Origin: Lytechinus pictus
Lineage: Eukaryota
NCBI RefSeq assembly: GCF_037042905.1
Contig: NC_087251.1
Span: forward strand, 45,882,001 to 45,946,000
Reading direction: 5' to 3'
DNA: 64,000 nucleotides
The notes below the pieces were generated by a model. It saw nothing but the letters and a program-made list of their open reading frames with translations. It made no database searches and had not been told where the DNA came from. Of the stretch, positions 51,001 through 62,464 are shown in pieces; position 1 is the first letter of the stretch, and each line of letters begins with the position of its first letter. A program made the translations under genes and the position numbers.

Positions 51001-54000
51001 AAGTGTTGAGCAATGTGCACATGCAGCGATGATTGTGATTGGCCATTGCCAAATTGTGATTGATTGCATGTCCTGTTTCACAAACAGAGGACTGGGAAGC
51101 TACGTTCAAAGGAAACAATGACGATCACTTCAGAATGGGCGTTTCCATCACAAGAAAGAGTTTCAAACTCTACTCCACCTTCTACTCGGCCGATATCATC
51201 ATTGCTTCTCCACTGGGACTCCGGACAGTCATTGGGGCAAAAGGGTGAGTGGATGTAGAAGATGAGTAAGATCAGGGTTCCCAGCCCATCAGGGAAATAA
51301 CGGAATTTTATTTTACTTTTTTTCCGGTCAGGGAAAAATCAGGGAATTCGATAAAAAAATGCCTCAAATGAGGGGAAAATAGGGAATTTTGATCACCCCA
51401 AAAGTCGGAAGCATGATAGTCTGTCAGACTCTGTTATATTTTGTTGCATATCAAAACAACATCCATTGAATGACAGGTTATGGTGGGACTAATTAGTTTT
51501 ACATTATTGTTTATATACTGGAAATACATGTAATTCACTGCAACAACTTGGAAAACATGCAAAACTGGGAATGGGTTTAAATAGTTATCAGGGAATTTTT
51601 AAACTTCATCAGGGAAAAATCAGGGAATTTTGCTTTCTTGAAAAGCTGGGAACCCTGAACATGACTATTTGATACTCCAAGTTTTATTACCTTGGGGCAA
51701 AACTTTTCTTACAGTAGGTATCAGTGCTAATTATTATGCATCCGGCCACCATAGGTGGTTGCTGGATGCTTTATGGTTTTCGGTCGCCCGTCTGTCCATT
51801 CCAATCAACTTAAACTCTTTCATATGCATATAGTAGTATGCATTTAATAAACATATACATGGAGGAGTGATAATGAGTGATTTCAAGTACGGTGTTGGCT
51901 TTGGTGTTGGTGTTGGAATTTGGATTGCTTCCCCTAGCTCCAAAACTTATTCAGAGTTTGTAAAACTGATCCAGATCACATTATTGACATCTCAACAACT
52001 AGTGAGTGACTTTTCGAGACCATCTTCATTTTATTGTTTGGTGTTATAATCATGTAAAAATTAACCCAACACCAAAAGGTCAACACTGAACTTGAAATCA
52101 CCCAATGTTCTGATTAGTATTTGGGATCACAAGGTCAAAGGTCATTGAGGTCATTATTTACCTGAAAGTATCTCTTCTATTATTCGCCTTTTTCCCCTCG
52201 TCTCTTTTCTCAATTTTTTCTGATAAGAGCACATTTTTACTGACAATATCGGAGCAATGGGGAGTGTTGCACCCCCACACCCCCCTTTTGCTACAGCTCT
52301 GACAGCAGGAATAACTAACAATAATTAGATAGACTCGAATGGTCTTTTTAAATCATTTGATTTCCCATATTGTCACTTCACCTCTTTTCTATGCCATCTA
52401 CTCCCAGAGAGAACCATCACGAATATGACTTCCTGTCGTCTATCGAGCTGCTGGTCATGGACCAAACAGACGTCTTCCTCATGCAGAACTGGGAACATAT
52501 CACGGTAGGCCAAGCCATTTCCTGATTGGTTGAATCAAAATGGTTGGGTTGTGTGTTGCCAACTTGCCTCCAGGGCCCTGTTGCATTAAAGTTACTATTA
52601 TGGTAACTTTCATCGAGTCCTTGATTTTGATTGGCTGATGGGCACTGTTACCATGGTAGTTAACATTGGATAGCAAAGTTACCATAATAGTCAATTTTAT
52701 GCAAGAGGGCCCTTTCCATAAAACCTTATATGATAGCAAATTTGCAAAAGTGCATGTCACTATTCCATTTCATTATTAAGATTATATCATTGCATGTGCC
52801 CCAATACGTTTGTGATGCGAAGGATACAAACTCAAAAAAGTGTTAAATTTACAGATTCTGCATCAGAATTTCATTTGATCAGGTACCCCATCAAATAGAA
52901 TATTTGCATATTTTTTTGTCTTGTATAAAACACTTTCTTAACCATGATGGAATGGAATTTTCCTTCAGCAAGAAATTTACCCACATTGTGCTGCACTCGA
53001 CCCAGGTGAGGTGAATGGGTACCGGGTAGGATTTATTCCTTGAACGCTTTAGCGCCTATACGGCGGCTCAGCTACAGCCGGGGTAATAATATGATACCAA
53101 GTATCAAGCGCAGTAGAGTGTATGCAATTGTAGTAGCTGCGCTTTACAAATGGAACATATTATTATTATTATAGGTCACATTACTGACCCTCTACTGAAG
53201 CTATAGACAGGCTGTAACTGGAGTATATATACAATGTGGTATTTTATCTTTATCATCTATTTTCAGCACATCATGGATCACTTACATCTTCAGCCCAAGG
53301 ATTCTCATGATGTAGACTTCTCCAGAGTTAGAATGTGGGCCCTCAACAAATGGTACGTATTATACAATGGTGGTATGGATCCTGATCATATGATTGGCTG
53401 AAATCCATGGTGGCCCTAAAGGGACATCGCAAAGAGACCAAAAGCAAATATTGGCGACGAAATTCACGACGTCACCAATTCTGTCGTGAACTTCGCGACG
53501 ATATTCACGATGTTGCCGAATTCGTCATAATTTCGTCACAAAATTCATGACATCGTGAATTTCGACGCCAATTTTGTCATGAATTTGTTTTGCTTGCTTG
53601 GGCGGTACGTGCATATGGAACTCTTGCCAAGACTTTTAACCATGTTTTCTGTGAAAATGTTAGGTTTTAACTTCAAATTATGATCCTTATGCACAGAGTG
53701 GAATAAGTATGTAGATTTGTTTGATCTAGATGCATATAGACTAAACATTATGGTTTTTACGTCTACTTGTACTCGTGATGCAACTATGCAGTGTCCCATA
53801 CGTTCACTGAAATCATTGTCATCTTCTGGCGCTTGTACAAGGACTGCCCAAGCAAGCAAAACAATTCACGATGAAAATTTGCGACGTCGTGAATTTCGTC
53901 ATTAAATTTGCGATGAAATTGGCGACATCGTGAATATTGTCGCGAATTAACACAATGGAATTGGCGACGTCGTGAATTTTGTCAATATTCGCGATTTGGT

Positions 54001-57000
54001 CTATTTGCGATGTCCCTTCAGCGCCACCATAGAAATCAGATGACCAGTCATCTATTTTAGCGAATAGGAAAATGTGCTAATGACTGGTTCCATTGACTGG
54101 TCATGGATTTGAACCTTATACTATATGATCTGCAGTCAGACCATTACATTCAACAGGTTGGATGAAGAACTTAGTTTTCCTGTCACCAGTATGAGGTATC
54201 TTGGAAGTGATTTTCACTGACAAATTTGCTCTGAGCCAATCAGATGCAAGGATTTTGGTAGCTTATAACAATAGTCTGAAAATCATTCATGAAATGCCCC
54301 CAAGGACATCTACGTACATTTCTACTCAAGCTTCGTAAGTTTTGTTTTAAAAATATTTGAATTCATGGAGTCACTTTATTGAAGCAAATAGAAAATTTTA
54401 CTTCGCTATTAACCGTTTGATGTGATGTAGTATATAACCATTGTTTGTCAATTTAAAACACATTTCCTGAAAACACATCTCTTCTTGTCGTAATTGAAAT
54501 TGTATGTGATTTTGATTGATTTCTACGATTACATGTACCTTTATATGACTTAATTTTTGTTATGAAATGAAATGTATATGTTCGCTAATTTGTTATATGA
54601 TTTTATGTTATTCCTCTGTAAAGCGCTTAGAAACAATCGTCAAAAGCACTATAGAAAGGCAACATATTATTATTATCATTATTATTAGATTTACTTTTCT
54701 CTTTATCAGGAACAAGTACTACAGGCAAACCCTGATCTTCAGCAACATCAATACACCTGAAATCAATGCTCTTGCCAGCAAACACTGCTCAAATATCCTT
54801 TTCCACAAGCAAAATGAATTGATTTATAGTTTAAAGGACAAGTCCACCCCATCAAAAAATTCATTTGAATAAAAAGAGAAAAATCCAACAAGCATAACAC
54901 TGAAAATTTCATCAAATTCTGATGTAAAATAAGAAAGTTATGACATTTTAAAGTTTCGCTTAATTTCACAAAACAGTTATATGCACATTCTGGTCGGTAT
55001 GCAAATGAGGAGACTGATGACGTCATCCACTCACTATTTCTTTTGTATTTTATTATATGAAATATTCTAATTTTCTCCTCATTGTCAAGTGAAACAGTGA
55101 TTAATTCCTCCCTATACATGTGGAATTAGCATTGTTTAATACTATATGGTTCGGTCAAGTCTGTCCATATGGTCAAATCTGTAAAAAATGCAATATTGTA
55201 TAATTCAAACAATAAAAAACAAAAGAAATAGTGAGTGATGGACATCATCGACTGACTCATTTGCATGTGCACTGAGTTGTGCATATCACTGTTTTGTGAA
55301 AAATGAGCAAAACTTTTAAAGTGCCATAACTTTCGTATTTTACATCCAATTATGATGACATTTTCAGTGTTATGCTATTTTGATTTCTCTCTATTTACTC
55401 TAATCAACATTTTGCCAGGGTGGACTTGACCTTTAAGTAATAGAAGTCGTCTACATCTATTAGTAACACTGTATTGTTATATAACTCTTACTTATATTTT
55501 TATGTAACTTTTGCCCCTCTTTTAATATGTTTGTCTTTCTCTTCTTTAATGTGCCGTGAGTATCTTCTTGTGATGGATATTGGTGCAATACAAATGTCCA
55601 TAATATTGTTATTATTATTATTGTTATTATCATCATCATCGCCATCATCATCATCACCATCATCATCATCACCATGATCATCACCATCATCATCATCATC
55701 ATCATTATCATCATCATCATTATCATCATCATCATCATCACCATCATCACCATCATCATCATCATCATCACCACCATCATCATCATCATCACCATCATCA
55801 TCATCCCCATCATCCCCATCATCATCACCATCATCATCACCATCATCATCACCATCATCATCACCATCATCATCACCATCACCACCACCACCATCATCAT
55901 CACCATCACCATCATCATCATTATCATCATCATCATCATCACCATCACCATAACCATCATCATCACCATCACCATCACCACCACCACCATCATCATCACC
56001 ATCATCATCACCATCATCATCACCATCACCATAACCATCATCATCACCATCATCATCACCATCATCATCACCATCATCATCATCACCATCATCATCACCA
56101 TCATCATCACCATCATCATCACCACCATCATCATCATCATCATCACCATCATCATCACCATCATCACCATCATCATCACCATCATCATCACCATCATCAT
56201 CACCACCATCATCATCACCATCATCATCATCATTATTATAACAGGCACACAAATTATTATTTCCCTTAACATTTATGGTATTACATATGGCAGGCAGAGT
56301 GTTAGTAAACAATGTGCCTTCCCTCGGTAGCATTGGTCAAGTGGCTGTCCAATTACCTCAGGTCAGTTATGTTTAACATCTAAAATCTAAGAACTGGGGG
56401 TGTTTTCACTTAGATTTAGGAATGACTTATTGAGCATTGCAAGAAACTTACATTCAATTCAAAATCAATCAAGTCCCGAAATTCAAGCATTAATCTTATG
56501 ATGTAAAGTAAATTTACAGTTCATATACGTTCAGTTGCAAATTAACTTGATCGCAATGCCCAGGTGCACTTTATTGTGATACTTAAGCTTGATTTGCAGT
56601 TGAGCATAAGTTGTTTGTAATTCCCCGTTCATCATCATCATCATCTGCCGCAATCTTCAAAGGGCTCTGCAGCCTATCTCGAAGATGAAATTAGACTTGG
56701 ACGCACGTTATGAGGAGGAGTTAGAAGCAGTTTTTAAAATCCCAGTTGTGTGGGTGTAAACAAATTGCCACATTGGTCAAATCTGGGGGCTTTTCATGAA
56801 AGGACTTGTCAGACGTTTTATCCGAAAAGTCCTGTTTTATCCAACAGTTACCATAGTAACAGAGCCTCTCAGCCAATCAAAATCAATGAAAGTTGTCAGA
56901 CCTGACAAGAATGGACAAAAATGTTGATGAAACGCTCCCCAGATGCTAAGATCATGCTAAACTGACGTGCGCTACTTTGTATTAATCAACGAGATTGCTC

Positions 57001-60000
57001 ATTTAAGTATGACCTTGAGTCACTCTTAAATTATTGGGAAACACAACCAGGTTCTTTCAAATCTGATAATTGTGCATGCAGTGCTCTGTGTTGTCATGAA
57101 AATGCAACGCTTAAAAGTCACTGATAAAACTGCTCAGAGCAAAACACTTTACCTCAGTATCAAGTTCGATAAAACAAAAAAGGACAAGAATAAAACTGCA
57201 TATTAGCATATACATGCGGTATTGGCTGTAAGATTTTTGTCTATTTTCCCCTTACAATGTTGCATACCGGTATTCTTATACAATTGATGAAAGAAATAAA
57301 CATATTTGCCCTAGAAATTTGCATTACATGAATAATATAGTATCGATATATGGACTGCTATGAGAGGCATGGTTGTTTCTAGAGGCTCAAGGGGACCGCA
57401 ACGCGACTGCCTGAGGGCATGATCTGGCCGCAAAATTATTTTTCCACCGCAGTTCTGGAACAAAGTATAAATACTCATGACTAGATCTAGAACTACGTCA
57501 GATCTTTAGAAAGAGCTAAGGTTAGGTGAGATCTACATCTAAATCTGCTCAAACGTTAGTCATACTAGCGTCCCCAAAGGTAAACGTAGGCTTATTTCTA
57601 ACGTTAGCCGAATTCACCTTATTTTGCGAGTAACTTCAATAAGGCTTGAATTGATCCATCTGTCAAACATGTCATGATAAGTTCCCTTTAGATTCTTTCC
57701 AGTAATGTTCTTATTCTTGAACAATACTGGGGATAGAACAAGCCGGAGTCACGTAAATGCGCTAGTTGTCTAAAATTTTTGATTAAATCACGCTGACATT
57801 TATGGTAGCCGCAATCATTACAGAAAGCAACATTTTGCACGCAGTCAAATGGGGATCTCAGCCAAATTTAATTATGAAGTAGTTGAATGTTATATATTGG
57901 TTCTTCATTTTCCAGGTTTTCCACAAGGTAGAATGCGACAGCTTCGCTTCATCACATGAGAAGAGATTTCAATTCTTCATCTCAAAGGTATGTACATCGA
58001 GTCTGAGTGTATGTATAAACAGAATGCTATAAGTTTGAATGTGTCTTAAATCGATCACGTCCCAGATCTACCTTGGAAGAAGAATATGATATTTACATTC
58101 AACTCTCTCTGCCTACTCATTGGGTTTAGTACGGCTCCATCTACCACACCCGGGACCACACCTCGCGCAAATCGTACTCTTAACATGTAGTGTTGACTGT
58201 TGGGGCAAAAAGTATATCCTTTATAAAACATTTTACTCTTTTTTTATACCCTCGCAAATTTGACCCTTAACACATAGGCCTGGCTTTCTAAGCGAAATAG
58301 ATGCCCTTTTTTCATTATTTCAGTGTTTTTGACAACCTTATTACGTTACCTACGTAAAGGCCCTATCTTGAAAAAGACATCCTTTTTACGTGTTTTTTTG
58401 GTCGCGCATGGTATCCATTCATCAATGCAAGTGCCCCCCCCCCCTCCGGGTTGAGAATCAGCTCTTAATTTTGAAATCTAACTAGATTCAGGAAATATTC
58501 TTTATTTTGCAGATCCTTCCCCAATATCGAGAATCTCTGATGTCAGGGACCATGATCTACATTCCCTCTTACTTTGACTTTGTTCGTGTTAGAAACTACT
58601 TCCGCAAACAGGAGATCAACTTTGCACAAATTTGCGAGTGAGTACACTGAGCTTGACTGTTGAAATCCTAAAGCCCTAGGCTGGTGAAGGAGATTAATCT
58701 TTGTTTTGCAGAGGGATAACGGGATATTAAAGCAGTAGATTTGGCATTAGTTTTATTTTACAGAAGGTTACTTTATATGTATTATTATGTCTCTGCCTAC
58801 CGTAGATGGTTGCTAAAGGCATGTTTTCTGGTTGTCTGTCCGTTTGTCCCATTTTGTTGCGCATTGTAGTACAATAAAATACAGAAGAAAAAAAAATGAG
58901 TGGGTAACATTATTGGATCCCTCATTTGTACACTGACCAAGATGTACGCATAACTGTTTTGTGAATTGAAGAGAAACTTTTGAATTCAATATCTTTCTTA
59001 TTTTGGAGGCTTTGATGAAATTGTCAGCATTTAACTTGTTTGATTTTCTCTTTTTATTAAAACCAACTTTTAAGCATATATTGTAAAATGTAAATTATAC
59101 TTATTTTACGCCTTTTTGTCTCACCTGCATAGCAGAGTGAGACTATAGGCGCCGCTTTTCCGACGGCGGCGGCGGCGTCAACACCAAATCTTAACCAAAG
59201 GTTAAGTTTTTGAAATGACAGCATAACTTAGAAAGTATATGGACCTATTTTATGAAACTTGGCCATAAGGTTAATCAAGTATTACTGAACATCCTGCCTG
59301 AGTTTCATGTCACATGACCAAGGTCAAAGGTCATTTAGGGTCAATGAACTTTGGCCGAATTGGGGGTATCTGTTGAATTACCATCATAACTTTGAAAGTT
59401 TATGGATCTGATTCATGAAACTTGGACATTATAGTAATTAAGTATCACTGAACATCCTGTGCAAGTTTCAGGTCACATGATTAAGGTCAAAGGTCATTTA
59501 GGGTCAATGAACTTTGGCCGAATTGGGGGTATCTGTTGAATTACCATCATAACTTTGAAAGTTTATGGATCTGATTCATAAAACTTGGACATAAGAGTAA
59601 TCAAGTATCACTGAACATCCTGTGCACATTTCAGGTCACATGACAAAGGTCAAAGGTCAATGAACTTTGGCCATAATGGGGGTATCTGTTGAATTACCAT
59701 CATAACTTTGAAAGTTTATGGATCTGACTCATGAAACTTGGACATAAGAGTAATCAAGTATCACTGAACATCCTGTGCGAGTTTTAGGTCACATGTTCAA
59801 GGTCAAAGGTCATGTAAGGTCAATGAACTTTGGCCATGTTGGGGGTATTTGTTGAATTACCATCATATCTCTGTAAGTGTATTGGTCTAGTTCATAAAAC
59901 GTGGACATAAGAGTAACCAAGTATCACTGAACATCTTGTGCGAGTTACAGTAGTTTTCAAAGTCAGCACTGCTGCTATATTGAATTGTGTGATGCAGGTG

Positions 60001-61772
60001 AGACCGCCAGAGGCATTCCACTTGTTGTGTTATAACTTTTATATCATATCTTTAAACTCAGATACACCAGTCAGTCTAACATCTCCAGGGCGAGACATTA
60101 TATGAGGGAAGGAACACGTCATACTCTAATCATAACTGAGAGGCTTCATTTCTTCAGAAGGTATATATCAACTGTGTGGGAAAGGAGTAAATGTTCTCTG
60201 GAGGATGTTCAATATTGATTTTCAAATTTAAGCAGCAACATGAATTATGATTGAAAACACATTACAAACCGCGGATATAATCAGAAACAAAGGATATGTT
60301 TAATGTCCTTCATTCCCTGTCGTAAAAGTAAACATCTTTCAGATGGTGATTCAGAAGAAATTTTATCGCCCTAAAAGATGCGTTTGAAAACACGATCAGC
60401 TCAGATTTTACGACCTTTAGCATCGCGAATACAACTAAATGCAATATTGTGGAGCGTTGTGCCCAGTGGATTACGGTAGTCTTCTGACTTTGAAACAGAG
60501 GGTCGTGGGTTCGATCCCAGCCATGGCGTAATATCCTTCAGCAAGAAACTTATCCACATTGTGCTGCACTCAACCCAGGTGAGGTGAATGGGTACCCGGG
60601 AGGGTTATTTCCTTGAATGCACTGAGGGCTGAAAGGCAGCTCGAGCTAAAGCCGGGGTAATAATGATAATAACATCAGAATAGAATATTTCTAGATTGAT
60701 GGCGCTTTATAAATGCCTATTATTATTAATATTGAACACGATTGAGTTTTGAAATGTCTTTAAATTTTCTCTCGCAGTGGAAGCCTACACAAACATGTGC
60801 CAGAATTAACCTTTTTTGTGACTGGTCAAACTGTCCAGTAAGCTGTGCTAACAAGAGTGGGATCGACGTATAATCAGCTTTATATTTTCGACACTGAATC
60901 GTGCACCCTTGATCGTGTTTGTGTTTTGTAATTGCGTTTTCAATCATGATTCATGTTGCTGTTTAAATTTGAAAATAGACATTGAACACAACCTTAGTCA
61001 CTATCTTGGGAAATGTTTTGGTATAAAAGATAAATGACAGTAGCAGTAAACAATGATTTTATTAGAAAGTCTGTTAAATCAATGTTAAGTGTCACCATAT
61101 CATCTTAGATCTCGATCTAGTGGTTACATAAACTGAAATTTGTGAAATCATTGAATCTAAGCTGAAAAACGATCCCATTGAAGATCACCTAGACAGAAAT
61201 GTACATGTAGGACAGTGTATTTATTGATTGGTAAAAGACCCAACCAACAGGTAAAACCAGGGAAATAATCACATTATCATTTTAAGCAGGGCCCGCTTGG
61301 AGAATAGTTTTTGGAACTGAAGTGGCTACCCTGGTAAAATATGAAGTCATTTTTGTTCTTAATTAATGAATTATTATTATTTTAGATAGTATTTAGCACA
61401 AGAAAGGATAAAAATGCATAAATTCATAACTTAAGAGCAGCTTTATGAAACACCCATTCATTGACCGTAGAATGAATTCTCCTGGAGTCCACAGAATAAT
61501 TACTCTCTCTATTTACCCTTAACAGGTTCAAGCTCCGCGGGATACACCACATCATATTCTACCAGCTTCCCACCTACCCCCACTACTACAGCGAGCTGTG
61601 CAACATGCTGGAGACGCCAACAACAGAGGGCGCTATGAAGGAGCACACCTGCAGCGTACTGTACTCCAAGTACGACGCCCTTCGGTTGGGTCCTGTGGTA
61701 GGACTGAAGCGAAATACTCAGATGATGAACTCCGAGAAGAACGTCCACATGTTTGTCTCTGAAGATGTCTGA
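39057..61772 (+). CDS. UTP25: U3 snoRNA-associated protein 25 / digestive organ expansion factor homolog, 19 exons, 797 aa
   Basis: Exons 39057-39178, 42163-42226, 43409-43511, 44052-44465, 45286-45377, 45875-45970, 46414-46533, 47645-47730, 48471-48533, 49416-49606, 51088-51244, 52408-52504, 53267-53352, 54710-54792, 56285-56361, 57916-57987, 58513-58637, 60062-60160, 61526-61772; total 2394 nt, frame open throughout. Motifs: [104 protein letters not shown]. The first two exons are less certain because they are divergent. Confidence 0.93.
39582..39815 (+). mobile_element. tRNA-derived SINE (Deu/Nin-domain-like body)
   Basis: A-box-like GATAGCTCAG..TCGGTAGAGCG and B-box GGGTTCGATTCCC, followed by a non-tRNA body (CCTTCGGAGAGGAC..TAAGCCGTCGGTCC...CAGGTAAAAAATCCC). 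The domain assignment is from memory. Confidence 0.7.
41568..41752. mobile_element. Small hairpin element with TAG...CTA termini
   Basis: GCGAAA.ACAAAGAAATCAAGATGGCGA.GTAAA..CGGTGGCAAGTTTT and its inverted copy AAAACTTGCCACCG..TTTACATCGCCATCTTGATTTCTTTGTCTTTCGC. Confidence 0.7.
42873..43337. mobile_element. Non-autonomous DNA transposon with TTAA flanks
   Basis: TTAAGGGCAATTCCA ... TGGAATAGCCCTTAA termini; internal repeated GTAACGTGAGTAACC motif (3 copies, one variant). Confidence 0.7.
44646..44993. mobile_element. MITE with perfect 14-bp TIR and 6-bp target-site duplication (hAT-like)
   Basis: CAGACCTGCCAACC / GGTTGGCAGGTCTG flanked by TGAGAT on both sides (44640-44645 and 44994-44999). 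Confidence 0.85.
46166..46418 (+). repeat. Tandem duplication, 2 x 126 bp, including the UTP25 exon 7 acceptor
   Basis: Near-identical copies, both ending CTTTGACAACCCTAG|GTCCC (AG at 46286-46287 and 46412-46413). Confidence 0.95.
46625..46920. repeat. Degenerate (GAT)n microsatellite
   Basis: Direct inspection. Confidence 0.9.
47165..47520 (-). mobile_element. tRNA-derived SINE, near full length
   Basis: The minus strand has a tRNA head (GTGGTGTAGCGGTT...GTGTTCGAATCCCACC), a body with CACCCAGGTG..AATGGGTACCCGG, and a 3' AAGCGCTATATAAATG + (TAT)n tail. Confidence 0.85.
47890..48066. repeat. (AAT)n microsatellite
   Basis: Direct inspection. Confidence 0.92.
48868..49076 (+). mobile_element. 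Decayed SINE 3' portion
   Basis: CACTCTCCACCCAGGTG..AAATGGGTA.CCGG, TTCCTTGAATGC and AAAGCGCTATACAAAT match the other SINEs in the window. Confidence 0.65.
50128..50735. mobile_element. Non-autonomous DNA transposon, Kolobok-like (TTAA-flanked, AGG termini)
   Basis: TTAA-AGGTCAAGTCCACCCC ... GGGGTGGACTTGTCCT-TTAA with long imperfect inverted arms. Confidence 0.85.
51273..51657. mobile_element. hAT-like MITE
   Basis: TIR CAGGGTTCCCAGC / GCTGGGAACCCTG with subterminal TCAGGGAA repeats. Confidence 0.8.
52571..52713. mobile_element. MITE family D
   Basis: CAGGGCCCTGTTGCATTAAAGTTACTATTATGGTAACTTT ... AAAGTTACCATAATAGT..TTTTATGCAAGAGGGCCC. Confidence 0.75.
52960..53172 (+). mobile_element. 5'-truncated copy of the SINE at 60449
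   Basis: Shares TCCTTCAGCAAGAAA..CCACATTGTGCTGCACTC.ACCCAGGTGAGGTGAATGGGTACC and AGCCGGGGTAATAAT, plus the (TAT)n tail. Confidence 0.8.
53407..54030. mobile_element. Foldback-type MITE with long TIRs and subterminal AAATTC(A/G)CGACG repeats
   Basis: ATGGTGGCCCTAAAGGGACATCGCAAAGAGACCAAA / TTTGGTCTATTTGCGATGTCCCTTCAGCGCCACCAT. Confidence 0.8.
54831..55436. mobile_element. Second copy of the same Kolobok-like element, opposite orientation, inside the U12 intron
   Basis: TTAA-AGGACAAGTCCACCCC ... GGGTGGACTTGACCT-TTAA; essentially the reverse complement of 50128-50735. Confidence 0.85.
55605..56240. repeat. Long (CAT/CAC)n trinucleotide microsatellite
   Basis: About 630 bp of CAT triplets interspersed with CAC. 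Confidence 0.97.
56783..56942. mobile_element. MITE family C
   Basis: CTGGGGGCTTTTCATGAAAGGACTTGTC ... GATGAAACGCTCCCCAG. Confidence 0.8.
59113..60026 (+). mobile_element. Helentron-associated (HINE / Tsp / pearl-like) element with internal tandem repeat
   Basis: Begins in a T run. Subterminal inverted repeats GTCTCACCTGCA (59118-59129) and TGCAGGTGAGAC (59993-60004); (GGC)n microsatellite near the 5' end; about 4.5 internal units of 153-163 bp. Confidence 0.8.
60449..60728 (+). mobile_element. tRNA-derived SINE
   Basis: tRNA head with B-box GGGTTCGATCCC, body ACCCAGGTGAGGTGAATGGGTACCCGG, tail GGCGCTTTATAAATG(TAT)n. Confidence 0.85.
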
Positions 61773-61876
61773 TTGTTTTATAGGGATAGACCAGAGAACA
61801 GAAGGTGCAATATAAGGAAATACCTGCTATGCTCTGCTCTGATTATATATGTTGGTCTTTGGATGGAGCCAAGCTG

Positions 61877-62300
61877 GTGGTTGGTATCAAAGGCAACACC
61901 GAATTTGGAGAAGAGTGTCCACATCTTAGTGTCAAGAGATGCTAGTGGTTGGAATCAAAGGCAGAACTGAACTTGGAGGACAGTGTCTACATCTTAGTGT
62001 CAAGAGATGCTAGTGATTGGCATCAAAGGCAGCACTTTACTTGGAGAAGAGTATCCGCATCTTTGTGTCAAGAGATGCCACTGGTTGGCATCAAAGGCAA
62101 CACTGAAATTGGAGAAGAGTGTCTGTGTCAGAGGGTCAACAGATGCCAGTGGTTGGAATCAAAGGCAACACTGGACTTGAAGAAGAGTATCCGTATCTTA
62201 GTGTCAAGAGATACCACTGGTTAGTGTCAAAGGCAACACTGAACGTGGAGGACAGTGGCTGCATCTTAGTGTCAAGAGAATGCCAGTGGTTGGTATCGAA
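61877..62300 (+). repeat. 68-bp minisatellite, 6 full units plus a partial, downstream of the UTP25 stop codon
   Basis: Units start at 61877, 61945, 62013, 62081, 62149, 62217 and 62286; consensus GTGGTTGGNATCAAAGGCAACACTGAACTTGGAGAAGAGTGTCCNCATCTTAGTGTCAAGAGATGC(C/T)A. Confidence 0.95.
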
Positions 62301-62464
62301 TTCAACTCAACTAGGAGTTGAATGTTCTCATCTCTTTTTGAGAATATGCAAGTTTAACCCCTAAGCATGATTCATATTATGAGCTGTGAGAAGAATGTCC
62401 ATATCCTAGTGTCTGATAAGGTACCTTACTGAGAGAGAAGATATCTGATTATCTTGGGTGTCTT

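Larger units (their letters stand above)
54793..56284 (+). other. U12-type (minor spliceosome) AT-AC intron of UTP25
   Basis: 5' splice site ATATCCTTT at 54793; branch site TTCCCTTAAC at 56261-56270; terminal AC at 56283-56284. Splicing restores KHCS-N-MAGRV in frame. Confidence 0.92.

Noticed and set aside
55460..56333. Long ORFs (270 aa poly-M/V, 277 aa poly-D/G, 218 aa poly-I/T)
   Set aside because: Translations of the (CAT/CAC)n microsatellite inside a UTP25 intron; these triplets lack stop codons in several frames.
60161..61525. Second U12 intron (CCCTTAAC just before the last UTP25 acceptor)
   Set aside because: The donor is GTATAT rather than GTATCC, and the motif directly abuts the AG, too close for a U12 branch site. 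Treated as U2-type.
61877..62300. CRISPR-like regular repeat
   Set aside because: The units are similar along their whole length with no unique spacers, the context is eukaryotic, and there are no cas genes.
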